NCBI RefSeq assembly: GCF_006345805.1
Contig: NW_021836534.1
Coordinates: forward strand, 1 to 23,925
Reading direction: 5' to 3'
DNA: 23,925 nt
DNA from: Octopus sinensis
Taxonomy: Eukaryota
Below are positions 1 through 11,766 of this stretch, one piece after another. The notes under the pieces were generated by a model. It searched no databases. It had not been told where the DNA came from and saw only the letters and a program-made list of their open reading frames with translations. The translations under genes were made by a program, and so were the position numbers. Numbering within the stretch: position 1 is the first letter of the stretch; every line of letters starts with the position of its first letter.

Positions 1-1271
1 ACACACTCCTCTACACATATAAATGCATGTGTGTTTGTGTGTGTGTATACAAATTTATGGATTGATAACAACTACTTAATAGAACAAATTTGAAAATCAC
101 AGCAAGGCTTTTATTATTTTTTATGTTTCTATAAACTTGCTGCTTTTGGGGACTGAACAAGAATGGAAAGTGAATGTGGCAGTGGTAGTGTTGAAGTAAA
201 ATAACAAAGAAATACAACTCATACTGACAAGAATGGAATGGCTATTTTAGAACATCTCTTACCATTGAAACTTGGTAAAGGAACACATGCACAGAATAAC
301 AATAATGGCAGAAAATAATTAACAATGAAATAGTTTAACCTCACCAAATTGAATAGCTATGTAAGATCACATTGATCTTTTTGTTGTTTGGAATGGGTTC
401 TGTCATAGAAGAATAACTAATAGTTGAGGTATCTGACAGAAAGTATATTAACAATGAATAGTTGAGGGAAGGGAGGAAGATTTTAATAAACAAAATGATA
501 ACACAGTTCCAATAAACAATATAAATGAGACAACAGGGATTGTCTTGTGCTGTCTATCATCCAGAAAGATGTCTGGTCATCAACTAAATATCTAGCACAG
601 TTGCTAACTAGAAAAGATGCAATGTGAAAGATCCATCACAGATTTCTTTGTTAAGACCCATGTAATATTGTCAGTTGAACAGCTCCAATCAGTTTAAAAG
701 GGTTAATGTTAAGAGATTTGTTCAGAATGATTACAACAGGGAAATAAATATGGAAACAACTTCTTTTTCCTAAAATGGGTAAATAAATATAATAGAGGGA
801 AAATATTTAGACCTGACCTTTTACACAATAAAAGATGTGTGTGTTTGTGTGTATGTGAATACCTTTACTGAATACAGTCAGGAAATAGTGTAGACTGAAG
901 TAGTGCAATGACAGGTCAGGTGGAAGACATGGATGTGGTGTCTATATAGAGCAGCAGTAGAAAATATTGATTGAACAAATATATCACGTATATTAGAGAG
1001 TGGAAATAGTGAAAAAGAAGCTTCCATATTTGAGAAGTGACTATCTTACTTTGTCACTTGCCACAGAAGGAAAAATAAAATTGAGAAGAAAACAATGTGA
1101 GTCCAGATTAAAAGAGATAATGAAGTTTAAAAAAATCTATTCCATGTTGGATTGTGTCTTTTCTTTTCTGTAGTCAAACAATGTTTTACACATTTTTGTA
1201 GTTTTTTAACAAAATTTTGTAAATGAGAAGTTAATAAGGAACCAGATTAAGACAGTCTAATAAGAGAATCA
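1..1271 (-). other. Probable lipin 3' UTR; candidate AATAAA at 110-115
   Basis: AU-rich sequence downstream of the stop codon. Plus-strand tttatt at 110-115 is followed on the minus strand by U/GU-rich sequence. The true 3' end is unknown. Confidence 0.45.
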
Positions 1272-1494
1272 TCATCTCTTTTGTTTGGAATCTTTAGCTT
1301 TTGTTTTCACATCCTTTGAAGTGGTTTCAAGCAAAATTTTAGCTTCTCCAGAAATATCAGGTAAAGGCTGCCTCCAGAAAATGGGGTTACTGAATTCACT
1401 GGAAGTTTCTTGGTCATCTCGGCCCCGATTACCCATCTCTTTAGGGTAGAGTGGTGGGAAAAAATGGTCTGCAATGTCACTGAGGCGAGAATAG
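1272..1494 (-). CDS. LPIN: Lipin last coding exon (stop TGA at 1272-1274)
   Basis: YSRLSDIADHFFPPL...SEFSNPIFWRQPLPDI...SKQKR*, matching the lipin C-terminal YxxLxxxVDHxFP and FWRxPLP motifs. Acceptor tttctctttttag, phase 2. Absent from the ORF track. Confidence 0.95.
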
Positions 1495-1606
1495 CTAAAA
1501 AGAGAAATAAACAGATAAATAAAGAGATAATTTCTTCATTCAGTGTTGGTTGTTTTTATACATACACACACAAACATGTATATTTCCAATTGTGTGTGTA
1601 TGTGAA

Positions 1607-1750
1607 GGTGCATGGCCTTATGGTTAGTGTGTTAAGCGTACAATCATAAGGTTGTGAATTCAGTTCTTGTACAGGGCAGCATGTATCCTTAGCCAAAAGG
1701 TATTTCATTTCATGCTCTTCCAGTCAACCAAAATGAAACTGAGTACCAGC
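1607..1750 (+). mobile_element. Degenerate tRNA-derived SINE
   Basis: A-box-like TGGCCTTATGGTTAG and B-box-like GAATTCAGTTC. Ends ctgagtacc. Confidence 0.55.
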
Positions 1751-1959
1751 CTTATTACTAGTGTAATGTTTTCTCTCCCTGTCTCTCTTTCTGTTTCTCT
1801 CCAGTTGTCATATCCTTGGAACAAATGTAGAAGAGTTGAGAGCGTTTCTGTATCTGGTCATAACTACACAGATACCTAAAACAATTAGCAAAAGTATGGT
1901 ACTTGCTAACAAGTCATACTTGCTTGTAATTGACAGCTATGCGTATATGTATGTGCTCA

Positions 1960-2125
1960 TAGATATGGTGTGTCATTAAGAAGTTCACTTCACAACATGG
2001 TTTTGGATTTGGTTCACTGTATGAAATCTTGGGTAAATGCCTTCTATAATCTCAGGTTAACCAATATTTTGTGAGTAGAATTTGGCAAATGGAAACTATA
2101 TAGAAGCTAGTCATATATATATGTG
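1960..2125 (+). mobile_element. Degenerate SINE family A head
   Basis: acaacatggtt...cttgggtaaatgccttcta...ttgtgagtagaatttggcaaatggaaact, similar to 9940-10080. Confidence 0.6.
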
Positions 2126-2487
2126 TGAGAGAGAAAAAGGTATTCACTGAACCTTTTTGAAAAAAATCAGTGCATATATGCTGGATTCAAACAAATTCTT
2201 CAGCAGAAATGGACACCACATGGGGGCCTTTAATTAAGAAAGTAACTGTATTTAGTAACTGTGGCCATAAAAAAACAAATAAAAAAGTTTTAAAGTTCCT
2301 AATTCTCTTCAGGTAATTGTTCTGTGGAAAAATAGCAGAATGCAGTGTCTCCTAAACTGGATTCCATGAGGACCTTTTAATAGGAATTTAACTGAATGCC
2401 ATTTTACAAACAAGTACTCATCAAAAAATAATTATTCACTTTTTATATGAATAAATTCTCACTTTAAAACAGTTTTTGTTTCAGTTA

Positions 2488-3310
2488 TCATCATCATCAT
2501 CATTTAACATCCATCTTCCATGCCTGCATGCATTGGACAATTTGATAGGAGCTGGCCAGGTAGAAGACTACACGAGGCTACTGTGTCTGTTTTGGCAAGG
2601 TTTTTCATGGCTGGATGCCCTTCCTAACATCAACCACCCTGTAAAGTAGACTGAGTACTTTTTTACTTGGCACCAGCACAGGCGAGGTCAGTTTTGGCAT
2701 GGTTGTTACAGCTGGATGCCCTTCCAAGTGCCAACCACTTCAGAGTGTGAACTGGATGCTTTTTACATGGCATCAGCAACAGCAGAGTCATCAAATAACT
2801 TGCAAGACAAGGAAATTTGAGAGAGGAGGGAGCATTAGAAAAAGTGATTTTGTGTCAGATGATGAAATATTAGAGTGTGACAGAGAAACAGAGAGGCAGA
2901 AACAGATGTCTTACTATAGAGGAGGTATATAGTTACCCGGCCAAAAGAGAGAAAGAAAGAGATTGAAAGAGAGAGGTAACAAGAAAGGGGATAGAAACAG
3001 GTGTGCTGCTATAGAGGAAACACATTGTTACCCAGCCAGAGGGAAGAGCAAGGGAAAGATAGAACAGAAAAGAGATGATAAAGTGCCAGGGTATACTCAC
3101 AAGGAATGGGGTTCAGAGCATAGATGGGATAGTAGAGTAAGCCAGGGCATGCTCTCAAGGAATGGGAACATAATATATGTGGCCAGGTGTTGCCAAGAAG
3201 GGTGGGCATTGCAGTGACTAGTGAGAACTTGGGTATAAAGAGGGGGATGGCGAAAGCAGTGATACAGTAAGGACAGAGATGGGGATTGGAAGAAAATCAC
3301 AGTGTATGAA
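2488..3310 (-). mobile_element. Old element bearing an RTE-type 3' tail
   Basis: (CAT)n plus ttaacatcc...ccatgc and two GCTGGATGCCCTTCC motifs (about 2610 and 2711), as in the RTE tail at 10381-10520. The right boundary is uncertain. Confidence 0.55.
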
Positions 3311-3789
3311 GAGGAAGTGTTTTATTAATATAAGAGTGGCTGGAATTATCAGTAAAATATAGGCTGAGGTTCCAAGATTAAAAAAAAAATCATATAAGGG
3401 TTCTGTACCAAAATAAATTTGGTAACCACTGACATAGTGAATGTAAATGTTGATTAAATGTTGCAGTTTAACTGGTAGTTAGTGAATCTATACATAATCT
3501 AGTCTCAGCAAAACGAGTAAGGGTAAGATATTTATGAGAATTATTAATATTAGAATATTACAGGCATGGACAATGGAATGAGAACCATATAATCCTGTTG
3601 AATAAAGAGTTTTTGAAATTCTGGGAACATTACTAGTGCAAGGTCACAGTTTACAGTGAATAAGATAGGGCTGAAAGATTTTCTTAATAGCAGCAGGGAC
3701 CTGTCTTTATTTCTATGTAATAAAACTTTATTCTTTACCAAATTTATTTTGAGGATTTGATTTTAGGTGTTGTTTCCATGTCTGGAACT

Positions 3790-5060
3790 TCTTACCTAAA
3801 TCTTTCACAGATTCAGCTAGATCATCAGCATACAGATCCTATGTACGTCCATTTTTTAAATTCTCTGTTATGGCCTGTAGGACTACTATAAACTGGAGGA
3901 GGCTAAGAACTGAACCCTGGTGGACTCCTACCTGTATGCTAAATTCATTGCTGAACTCAGTGCTAGCTCTCATCTTGCTAACTGCACATCTGTACATGGC
4001 TAGCTTGACTACCCACACCCCCATCCCATTAGCCAATCATATCCATAGCTTCCTTAGCAGTTACTAGACTACAAAGAAAGGTACCCTGTCAAAAATCTTC
4101 TCTGAGTTAATGGATGCTAGGTATGTTGCCTTATGCATAGCTAGGTACTTATGTATGTGTCTCACAAGAAAGAGGCCTGTAGAAAAAGGCCACAAATGAA
4201 TCTCATCTACACTAATCTTGTTCCTAATCAATTTTGCAAGAGATCTTTCGGTAACTTTTATGATCTAGTCAAACAAATTGATGCTTCTGTAGTTACCTCT
4301 CTCTGGTGCATCTCTCCTATTGTTGTTGTCAATAATACTGCTATGCTAGTCATGTACTATGTCAGTAACTAGTTTGTACCCTACTTTACCAGATTTTTCA
4401 GCATCTCACTAACTATCCCTGATGAAGGTAGCTACTTTCCTTGCATTCATATCCTTAATTGAACTTTCAACTATACAGCTGTCAATTCCAATGGCTGGTC
4501 CATTTATTGGGTCTACTTTGAGTGGATTCTCTTTTACCCATGCATTTCCTTAATTCAACAGCCTCTTATAATAGCATATTCACGACTCTCTATTTTTAGC
4601 ATCAGAGTGAGCTAGAGTTCTGTCTTCATTTCATATACATTTCTCTCCAGAATATCTTAATTCTCCATGTTACACTGCTTTGCAATCAAAAACACTTCAT
4701 GCTGCTGATATTCACATGGCAGAACATATGCAAACTACTTACTTTCAGTTTCATTCCTTGCTAACTATTCCTGGCATCTACTTTCTCTTCCAGCTACATG
4801 ACATTACCCTTTGCTATTCTCTTTTCATCTCCTATGGCCCTGTCTACTCAACTATTCTGCCACTCTGTCACCTTGTCTGGATGGAATCACAGGAGATTAC
4901 TTCAAAGAAACTCTCAGTTGTCTCTACATTATAATTTTCCCTCACTTCTCATATGCATCAACTGGAATTTCTCATTCAGCTTCCATAACATCCTGCATCA
5001 GAGTGCCTCTAGAGTCTTTAAATCTTGAAGAGTTTGTAGGTTAGTGTTGTAATACATATT
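3790..5060 (-). mobile_element. Degenerate RTE-type LINE RT remnant
   Basis: GVHQGSVLSLLQFIVVLQAITE (ORF 3839-4036), LYADDLA at about 3815-3835, FDRVP at about 4080-4093. Confidence 0.85.
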
Positions 5061-5178
5061 TAGCAATATGATGATCCTGCCAACCTACATAACTTCCTAG
5101 ACAAAATGCTCCTCTCTATCCGCACCTCACACGTAAACTCAGTGTGTAAGTTTAATAATGTAAAACAGAAATACTTAC

Positions 5179-5282
5179 GTTGAGTTGAAGGTTTGAATGA
5201 GCTCATGTCGCAAATGCCCTTGTGGGTTTATAGTAAAGATGTGCGAATCTGGAATGTTCAGTGCTTTATAGGCGTACACATC
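5179..5282 (-). CDS. LPIN: Lipin penultimate coding exon
   Basis: DVYAYKALNIPDSHIFTINPQGHLRHELIQTFNS(T). Acceptor tttttgtttaag, donor GTAAGT at 5178. 104 nt, phase 0/2. Continues GNKIT-DVY in frame across a 12.3-kb intron. Confidence 0.96.
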
Positions 5283-5469
5283 CTTAAACAAAAATATACC
5301 ATTGTAATTAGCAATGTGAGTGTGAGTGCATGTGCAAATGTGTGTGTGTATCATCATCATTATCATCAGTGTTTTACATCTTATCCATGCTGGCATGGAA
5401 GCAGTGATTTATGGCCAATTGCCCTCTCTGTTACTAACTTAACTTTTTTAGTTGCTTTTTATGACATGC

Positions 5470-5840
5470 AGAGATGCAGTTTGTTTCCCAACCACATGGT
5501 TCTGGGATCAGTCCCACTGTGTGACACCTTGGGGAAGATTCTATTCTAGCCTTAGGCTGACCCAAAGCCTTGTGAATGGATTTGGTAGACAGAAACTGAA
5601 TGAAGCTCATCATGTGTGTGTGTCTTTGTGCATGCATTCATGCACTACTACCACCGTAACTTGATAACTGATCCTGGTGTGTTTACATCCCTGTAACTTA
5701 GTGGGTTGGTAAAAGATACTGGTAGAATAAATATCAGGCTTAAAAAGTAAGTAGCAGGATCAATTTGTTTGACTAAACCCTTCAAGGCACTGCCCCAGCT
5801 GCAGTCTAATGACTGAAACAAGTAAAATACAAAAGATAGA
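5470..5840 (+). mobile_element. SINE family A copy
   Basis: Homologous to 9928-10084 (head) and 11958-12168 (3' half). Confidence 0.8.
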
Positions 5841-5975
5841 TTCTTTTATTCTTTTATTTGTTTCAGTCATTTGACTACAGCCATGCTGGAGCACTGCCTT
5901 TAGTCGAACAAATTGGTTGCTTACCAACCACAAATTGGTGGTTGGTAAGCAAGCTACTTACCACATAGCCACTCC
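5841..5975 (-). mobile_element. Internally deleted SINE family A copy, tail-to-tail with the previous copy
   Basis: The 3' end (5841-5915) and 5' head (5938-5975) of family A in reverse orientation, joined by a 15-bp inverted piece. Confidence 0.75.
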
Positions 5976-6029
5976 TCTACTTATATGCATACAATGTTAT
6001 AATAAAAACCACAAATCTTGTTAAATACA

Positions 6030-6170
6030 GCTACCATACAGTCTTAGGTTTAATTCTACTGCATAGCACCTTGGCTATGATTCTCCTATTAAAGCCTTAG
6101 GTTAACAATGCCTTGTCAGCAAAATTGGCAAACATAAAGCCCGAAGAAGCCCATTGTGTATATGTGTGTG
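6030..6170 (+). mobile_element. Degenerate SINE family A head
   Basis: actgcatagcaccttggc...aagaagcccattg followed by (TG)n, similar to 9970-10080. Confidence 0.6.
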
Positions 6171-6339
6171 TATAATTTCTAACCCTGGCACAAAGATTAA
6201 TTCTGAAGAATGGTCATAGTGTTGTCAACTCAAGAAAAAATGCAAAGCAAAGTTGATTATTGCAAAGGTTTGAACTGAGAACATCTCAGTCTCATACACT
6301 ATGTCTGCTAATCACTGTTGTTGTTGTGGTTGTTAATAA

Positions 6340-6556
6340 TAATCCTTTCTACTGTAGACACCAAACCTGAAATTTGGGAACAAGGGACTAGTCAATTATA
6401 TCGACCCCAGTGCTTAACTGGTACTCATTTCATTGACCTGGAAAGGATGAAAGGCCAAGTCAACTTGGGCGGATTTGAAATCAGAACATAAAGACGGATG
6501 TAATACTGCAAAGCATTTCATATGGCATGCTAACGATTCTACCAGTTTGCCACCTT
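6340..6556 (-). mobile_element. SINE family B copy
   Basis: Reverse complement of the family B head and core, with a (TTA)n tail at about 6335-6345. The head abuts the (TAA)n at the 3' end of the LINE. Confidence 0.85.
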
Positions 6557-6571
6557 AATAATAATAATAAT
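6556..6571. repeat. (TAA)n microsatellite at the LINE 3' junction
   Basis: Direct reading. Confidence 0.9.
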
Positions 6572-6886
6572 GTTTCTTTATTAACCTCTAAAGGTTCACA
6601 AAAAACATTGGGGATGGCACAGAATAATACAATGTGGGGTTACATAAAAGGCATGTAAAAAATAAAAAACAGTAACAATATAAAATTATTACAATAAATT
6701 CCCCAAAAGAGGGAAATATGGCTTCTCATGGAAACCCAACAAAGCCATGATGATCCTGAATATTAGGGCAAGTGCCCTCTCCACATCATCTACATGTACA
6801 TGTTTAGAGTAAGCTCACCCACTTGGACTATTCTAGTCACATTATCCACCTTTCAGTAAAACTGCTGGGAGGCAGCACTTATCTCT

Positions 6887-7208
6887 CTATGTGTATTGAA
6901 TTCCTAATGAATCAAAGCAAATGCTGTATATTTGTTTAAATAATTTTAAACTGCCAGTCACATGGCATGTATGGGTTTTATGTGGACACGTCTATTTTTT
7001 TTCTTATATATATTGCGATTAAAATAAACGGGGACACACAATTGATTCCATCACTACAAGATCACAGTTGATGTAGTTACCCCTTCTCATACAATCATTG
7101 GTTGTGCTTCTGCTACGGTGAGATAGAAATTCCCAGTTTACTTTATGGCTATTTGATCCTTGTTCCTATACCTGTACTTATGAAATAAGCTAATTACAAA
7201 ACTTGACA
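6887..7208 (+). repeat. Gypsy 5' LTR
   Basis: Direct repeat of 12693-12998, with 19 mismatches in a 173-nt gap-free core by hand count. Ends aaaacttgaCA and is followed by TGGTGTCG at 7210 (candidate PBS). Confidence 0.9.
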
Positions 7209-10084
7209 ATGGTGTCGTTGATAGAGCAAGGAAAATCTCTTGGTGGCATAAACTTACAGTCAATTGAAGATGTCTCAAACTGGTTCATGGCATTCGAAGC
7301 AAATGCTTACATGGACAAATTAAAGGATAACCTACAAGATAATGACCAAAGTCCTATGGCTATGAAATTCATTTCTTTGGTAGGAATACAAGCATTAAAA
7401 ATTACCCGAGATATTAATATCCAGAAGAATATTATGAAAATGACTTACAATGACCAAAAAAATTTGATTCTAAATCATGTTGCTCCTTCAAAGAAACTGA
7501 TATTAGCCAAAATTCTTCTCCACTATTCAACAACCCAATGAGTCAATTTCTCAATTTCTTTCAAATCTGTGACATGCCAGTGAATACTGCAATATTGAAA
7601 GTCTGAAAACATCTAAAACGTCAGTGAGTGAAAAACTCATACTGCCTCAGTATAAGAAGCAGTGAGGAAAGAGAGAAAGTCCTTCAAGTTAATGAACTTA
7701 ACAAACTCAGTTTAGGAGCTACAGTACAATTTTTACAACATTCTTCACAGATATCTGAATTTTGCAATGACAATTCAAAAGAAGTCATTGCCTTTTCCAA
7801 AACAATTGCCACAAGACAAAAGAAAAAATTTGAGTGACAAATCCTGCAACCACTGTAGAAAACTCTGCTTGCAATAAAAGCTATCGGCAAAAACTGTGGC
7901 AAGAAAGGTCACTATGCAAAAGTTTGCAAAAGCACCAGGAACAGTCACAGGATGAGTTGTCAGGATGGAATCATGACTCTTATCAGCTGTGCATCAGAAA
8001 AACCTGTGTTTGAATTTGTCTCATTCAATGGGCACAAGATAGACATGGTGCAGGATACAGGTGCTTCCTGAAACATTATCTCATCCATAATAACAAAGGA
8101 TATCAGTGTGATGATCACGTGACAACATTCTTCATACGAATCATACAATGGGCACTGCATGGAATGCATTGGGGATGCTTGCCTTATGGTGAAATGAGAA
8201 GATCGGCAATTCCTCCATGCTTTCAAAATGATTAAAGGTAATTGCTGGGATGGTCTTCCAGGTTGTGACCTGCTCAATGCTGAAACAATTTGCAGCAATG
8301 AGTCATTTATGCTGATGATAAAAGGAGTGCAAGCTTCTGTTAATACCTAATGCCTCTGATAAATTCTGTGTCGCGAGAAGTGTACTTATAACTCCCGAGG
8401 AAGATGTAGCAAAGGATATAGATGCATTGGAAACCAAAGGTATAATTGACAAATGTACTCTGGGTGGTATAGTCAATACTTCTCCAGTCGTGTGGGTTAG
8501 AAAGAAAAATAGACTGTGCATGTGTCTCAACTACAAAGTTCACCTAAATGAAAAGATATGCATGGAAGCTTATGCTTTGCTGTTAATAGAAATCATGTTC
8601 AGCAAGCTTAGCGGTGCAAGGTTCTTTGCTAAGATTGCCTTAACCAATGAACATTGATGAAAATAGTCAGAAGCTCTGTGCCATCAATACTACAAGAGAA
8701 GTTTACTTGGTTATGCGATTACAGGTGGGGATGATAAGTAGTTCTGCCATTTTTCAGCATGCTATTTTTCAGCATGCTCAGGAGACTAAAAAATTTCACT
8801 GCCTATCAAGATGATATAATCGTTTTTGCTAAGATGGAAAGGAGCCTGAATAAACATTTAAATGCCATCCTTGGAAAATTACATGAGAAACAAGTCAGTG
8901 TCAACAAAGAAAAATGTGTTCAAAAGCATCACATTTTTAGGCCGTGTGATATTGGCAGAAAGAATTAAACCTGCAAAAGAACTCACAGAATCATGGTATT
9001 AAATCAGTCAAAAAACACTGAGAAACTCCAGTTAAATCTTCTGGGCAATTCATCTCAAATTTCAATGAGAAAACATGCAGAAACTAACTGCTGCCAATCA
9101 TTTTCAGTGGACAGACAAGTGCCAACTTGAATTTGAAAATATTAAAGACAAGCTATGCAAAGAACCAGTATTGAAGCCATTTAATCATAAATTACCTACT
9201 GAGCTGTCAAACAGAGGCCTAAATGAACAGCATTGCAGCAATACTTTCACAAAATGGTTATGCTGTTCTATATGTGTTAAGAAAATTGACACCTGCTGAA
9301 TCTAATTGGTCAAATATTGAATGCGAAGCATTTGCCATCGTATGGGCCATTACCCATCTCAAACAATTCCTACTAGGTAAAAAGTTCAAACTCAATATGG
9401 ATAATAGACCTTTAAAATATGTCTTCCACCTAAAGAAGTTGATCCCTATGAATGTTTCTGCTAGAATTGGGTGATGGGCTATTCAATTAATGGCATTTGA
9501 TTTTGATATATCACACATCTCTGGTTCTAAAATTTCTCAAGTTGACGCAATGTTGAGATTGCAAGTAGCAGATGAGGGAATTGACTTTGCAGTTGAACAA
9601 GTGAGTGACATTCCATGTACATCAAGACGATTTGACAGCAATGTGGAATAGGGATGGTTCTTGAGAATGTACTCACATGGATTGGGCTTTCATGAACCAT
9701 GTTGGCAATTTAGTCATTGTCATTGATTCACATTCCATCTACATTGATGGCATCCTTTGCACCTCATGCAAAATGGAAAATGTACAAAAGTGCTTGATGT
9801 GTCTTTTCAGTCTCTTTGGACTGCCAAAAGTTGTTGTATCAAACAACACACCTGAATTTACAGCATTGAAAGGTTGGTTATCGACCCTTGGCATAAAGAG
9901 CACATATACACCTACTTATCATCCACAGGCACAGGAGTGGTTGTGTGGTAAGTAGCTTGCTTACCAACCACATGGTTCCAGGTTCAGTCCCACTGCATGG
10001 CATCATGGGCAAGTGTCTTCTACCATAGCCTCAGGCCGACCAAAGCCTTGTTAGTGGATTTGATAGACAGAAACTGAAAGAAAC

Positions 10085-10318
10085 TGGAAGGCGGCGAGCT
10101 GGCTGAAACGTTAGCATGCCGGGCGAAATGCTTAGCGATATTTCATCTGATGTTACGTTGAGTTCAAATTCCGCCAAGGTTGACTTTGCCTTTCATCCTT
10201 TCGGGGTCGATAAATTAAGTACCAGTTACGCACTGGGGTCAATCTAATCAACTTAATCCCTTTGTCTGTCCTTGATTGTCTCCTCTATGTTTAGCTCCTT
10301 GTGGGCAATAAAGATATA
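10085..10318 (+). mobile_element. tRNA-derived SINE (family B), full length with a 16-bp TSD
   Basis: B-box GAGTTCAAATTCC and core CCTTTCATCCTTTCGGGGTCGATAAATTAAGTACC. Flanked by perfect AGAAACTGAAAGAAAC at 10069-10084 and 10319-10334. Confidence 0.9.
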
Positions 10319-10380
10319 AGAAACTGAAAGAAACCCATCATATATGTAAATGCATATGTGTGTATATATATATATATATA

Positions 10381-11766
10381 TCATCATCATCATCATTTAA
10401 CGTCCGCTTTCCATGCTAGCATGGGTTGGACGGTTCAACTGGGGTCTGGGGAGCCCGAAGGCTGCACCAGGCCAGTCAGATCTGGCAGTGTTTCTACAGC
10501 TGGATGCCCTTCCTAACGCCAACCACTCCGAGAGTGTAGTGGGTGATTTTATGTGCCACCGACACAGGTGCCAGACGAGGCTGGCGAACGGCCACGCTCG
10601 GATGGTGTTTTTATGTGCCACCGACACAGGTGCCAGACGAGGCTGGTGAACGGCCACGCTCGGATGGTGTTTTTATGTGCCACCGACACAGGTGCCAGAC
10701 AAGGCTAGCAGACGACCACGCTCGGATGGTGTTTTTTTTATGTGCCACCGACACAGGAGCCAGATGAGGCTGGCGATCGGCCACGATCGGATGGTGATTG
10801 TTACGTGCCCACAGCATGGAGGCCAGTCGGTGCGGCACTGGTTACGGCCACGTTCGGATGGTTTTCTCGTGTGCCACCGGCACTGGTACCACAAAGATAC
10901 AAATTCCATTGATGTTCATCTATTTTGATTTTGTTTGATTTTTTGATTTGATTTGATTCGATTTTCACTTGCCTCAACAGGTCTTCACAAGTGTCACAAG
11001 GAAGGTATGCACAGGTGGACTGACTACGTCCCAGGTAGGGGCCACGGGTTATGGCCTGACTAGTCTTGCCGGGTCTTCCCACGCACAGCATACTTCCATA
11101 GGTCTCGGTCTCTAGTCATTTCCTTGGTGAGACCTAAAGTTCGAAGGTCGTGCTTCACCACTTCGTCCCAGGTTTTCCTGGGTCTACCTCTTCCACAGAT
11201 TCCCTCAACTGCTAGGGTGTAGCACTTTTGCACACAACTATCTTCAGCCATTCTCGTCATATGACCATACCAGCGCAGCCGTCTCTCTTGCACACCACAA
11301 CTGACGCTTCTTAGGTTCAACTTTTCTCTCAAGGTACTTACACTCTGACGATTATGAACACTGACATTACACATCCATCGGAGCATACTGGCTTCATTTC
11401 TTGCGAGCTTACGCATATCCTCAGCAGTCACGGCCCATGTTTCACTACCATGTAGCATGGCTGTACGTACACATGCATCATACAGTCTGCCTTTTATTCT
11501 GAGCGAGAGGCCTTTTGTCACCAGCAGGGGTAAGAGCTCTCTAAACTTTGCCCAGGCTATTCTTACTCTAGCAGTTACACTTTCAGCACACCCACCCCCG
11601 CTACTGACTTGGTTTCCTAGGTAGCGGAAGCTATCAACTACTTCTAGTTTGTCTCCCTGGAACGTGGTAGAAGTTGGTCTCTGCATGTTTCCAGAGTTTA
11701 TTTCTCCTGAGCATCTGCCACATACGAAAACTATCTTCCCAGTTAGCCTACCTTTGACATTGCTCC
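10381..11766 (-). mobile_element. 5'-truncated RTE-clade LINE, relatively young
   Basis: Uninterrupted ORF2 C-terminus within ORF 11060-11782 (FRYLG, LHGSETW, RRLRWYGH, GRGRPRKTW). About 680 nt of 3' UTR ending in a (TGA)n tail (catcat at 10381-10396). CpG-rich. Confidence 0.92.
10547..10890. repeat. About 62-bp tandem repeat, roughly 5.3 units, in the RTE 3' UTR
   Basis: Unit starts (atgtgccacc) at 10551, 10613, 10675, 10740, 10803 and 10869. The units diverge toward the right. Confidence 0.95.

Noticed and set aside
11-5664. Short ORFs in the track (for example 1410-1649, 2699-3217, 5193-5549)
   Set aside because: They are antisense to lipin exons or lie in repeats and microsatellites, with no recognisable domains.
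9928-10180. tRNA genes
   Set aside because: Only A/B-box-like heads continuous with SINE bodies are present, with no complete cloverleaf or acceptor stem.
10547-10890. Regularly spaced repeats as a CRISPR array
   Set aside because: The units are contiguous with no unique spacers, no cas genes are present, and the array sits in a eukaryotic LINE 3' UTR.
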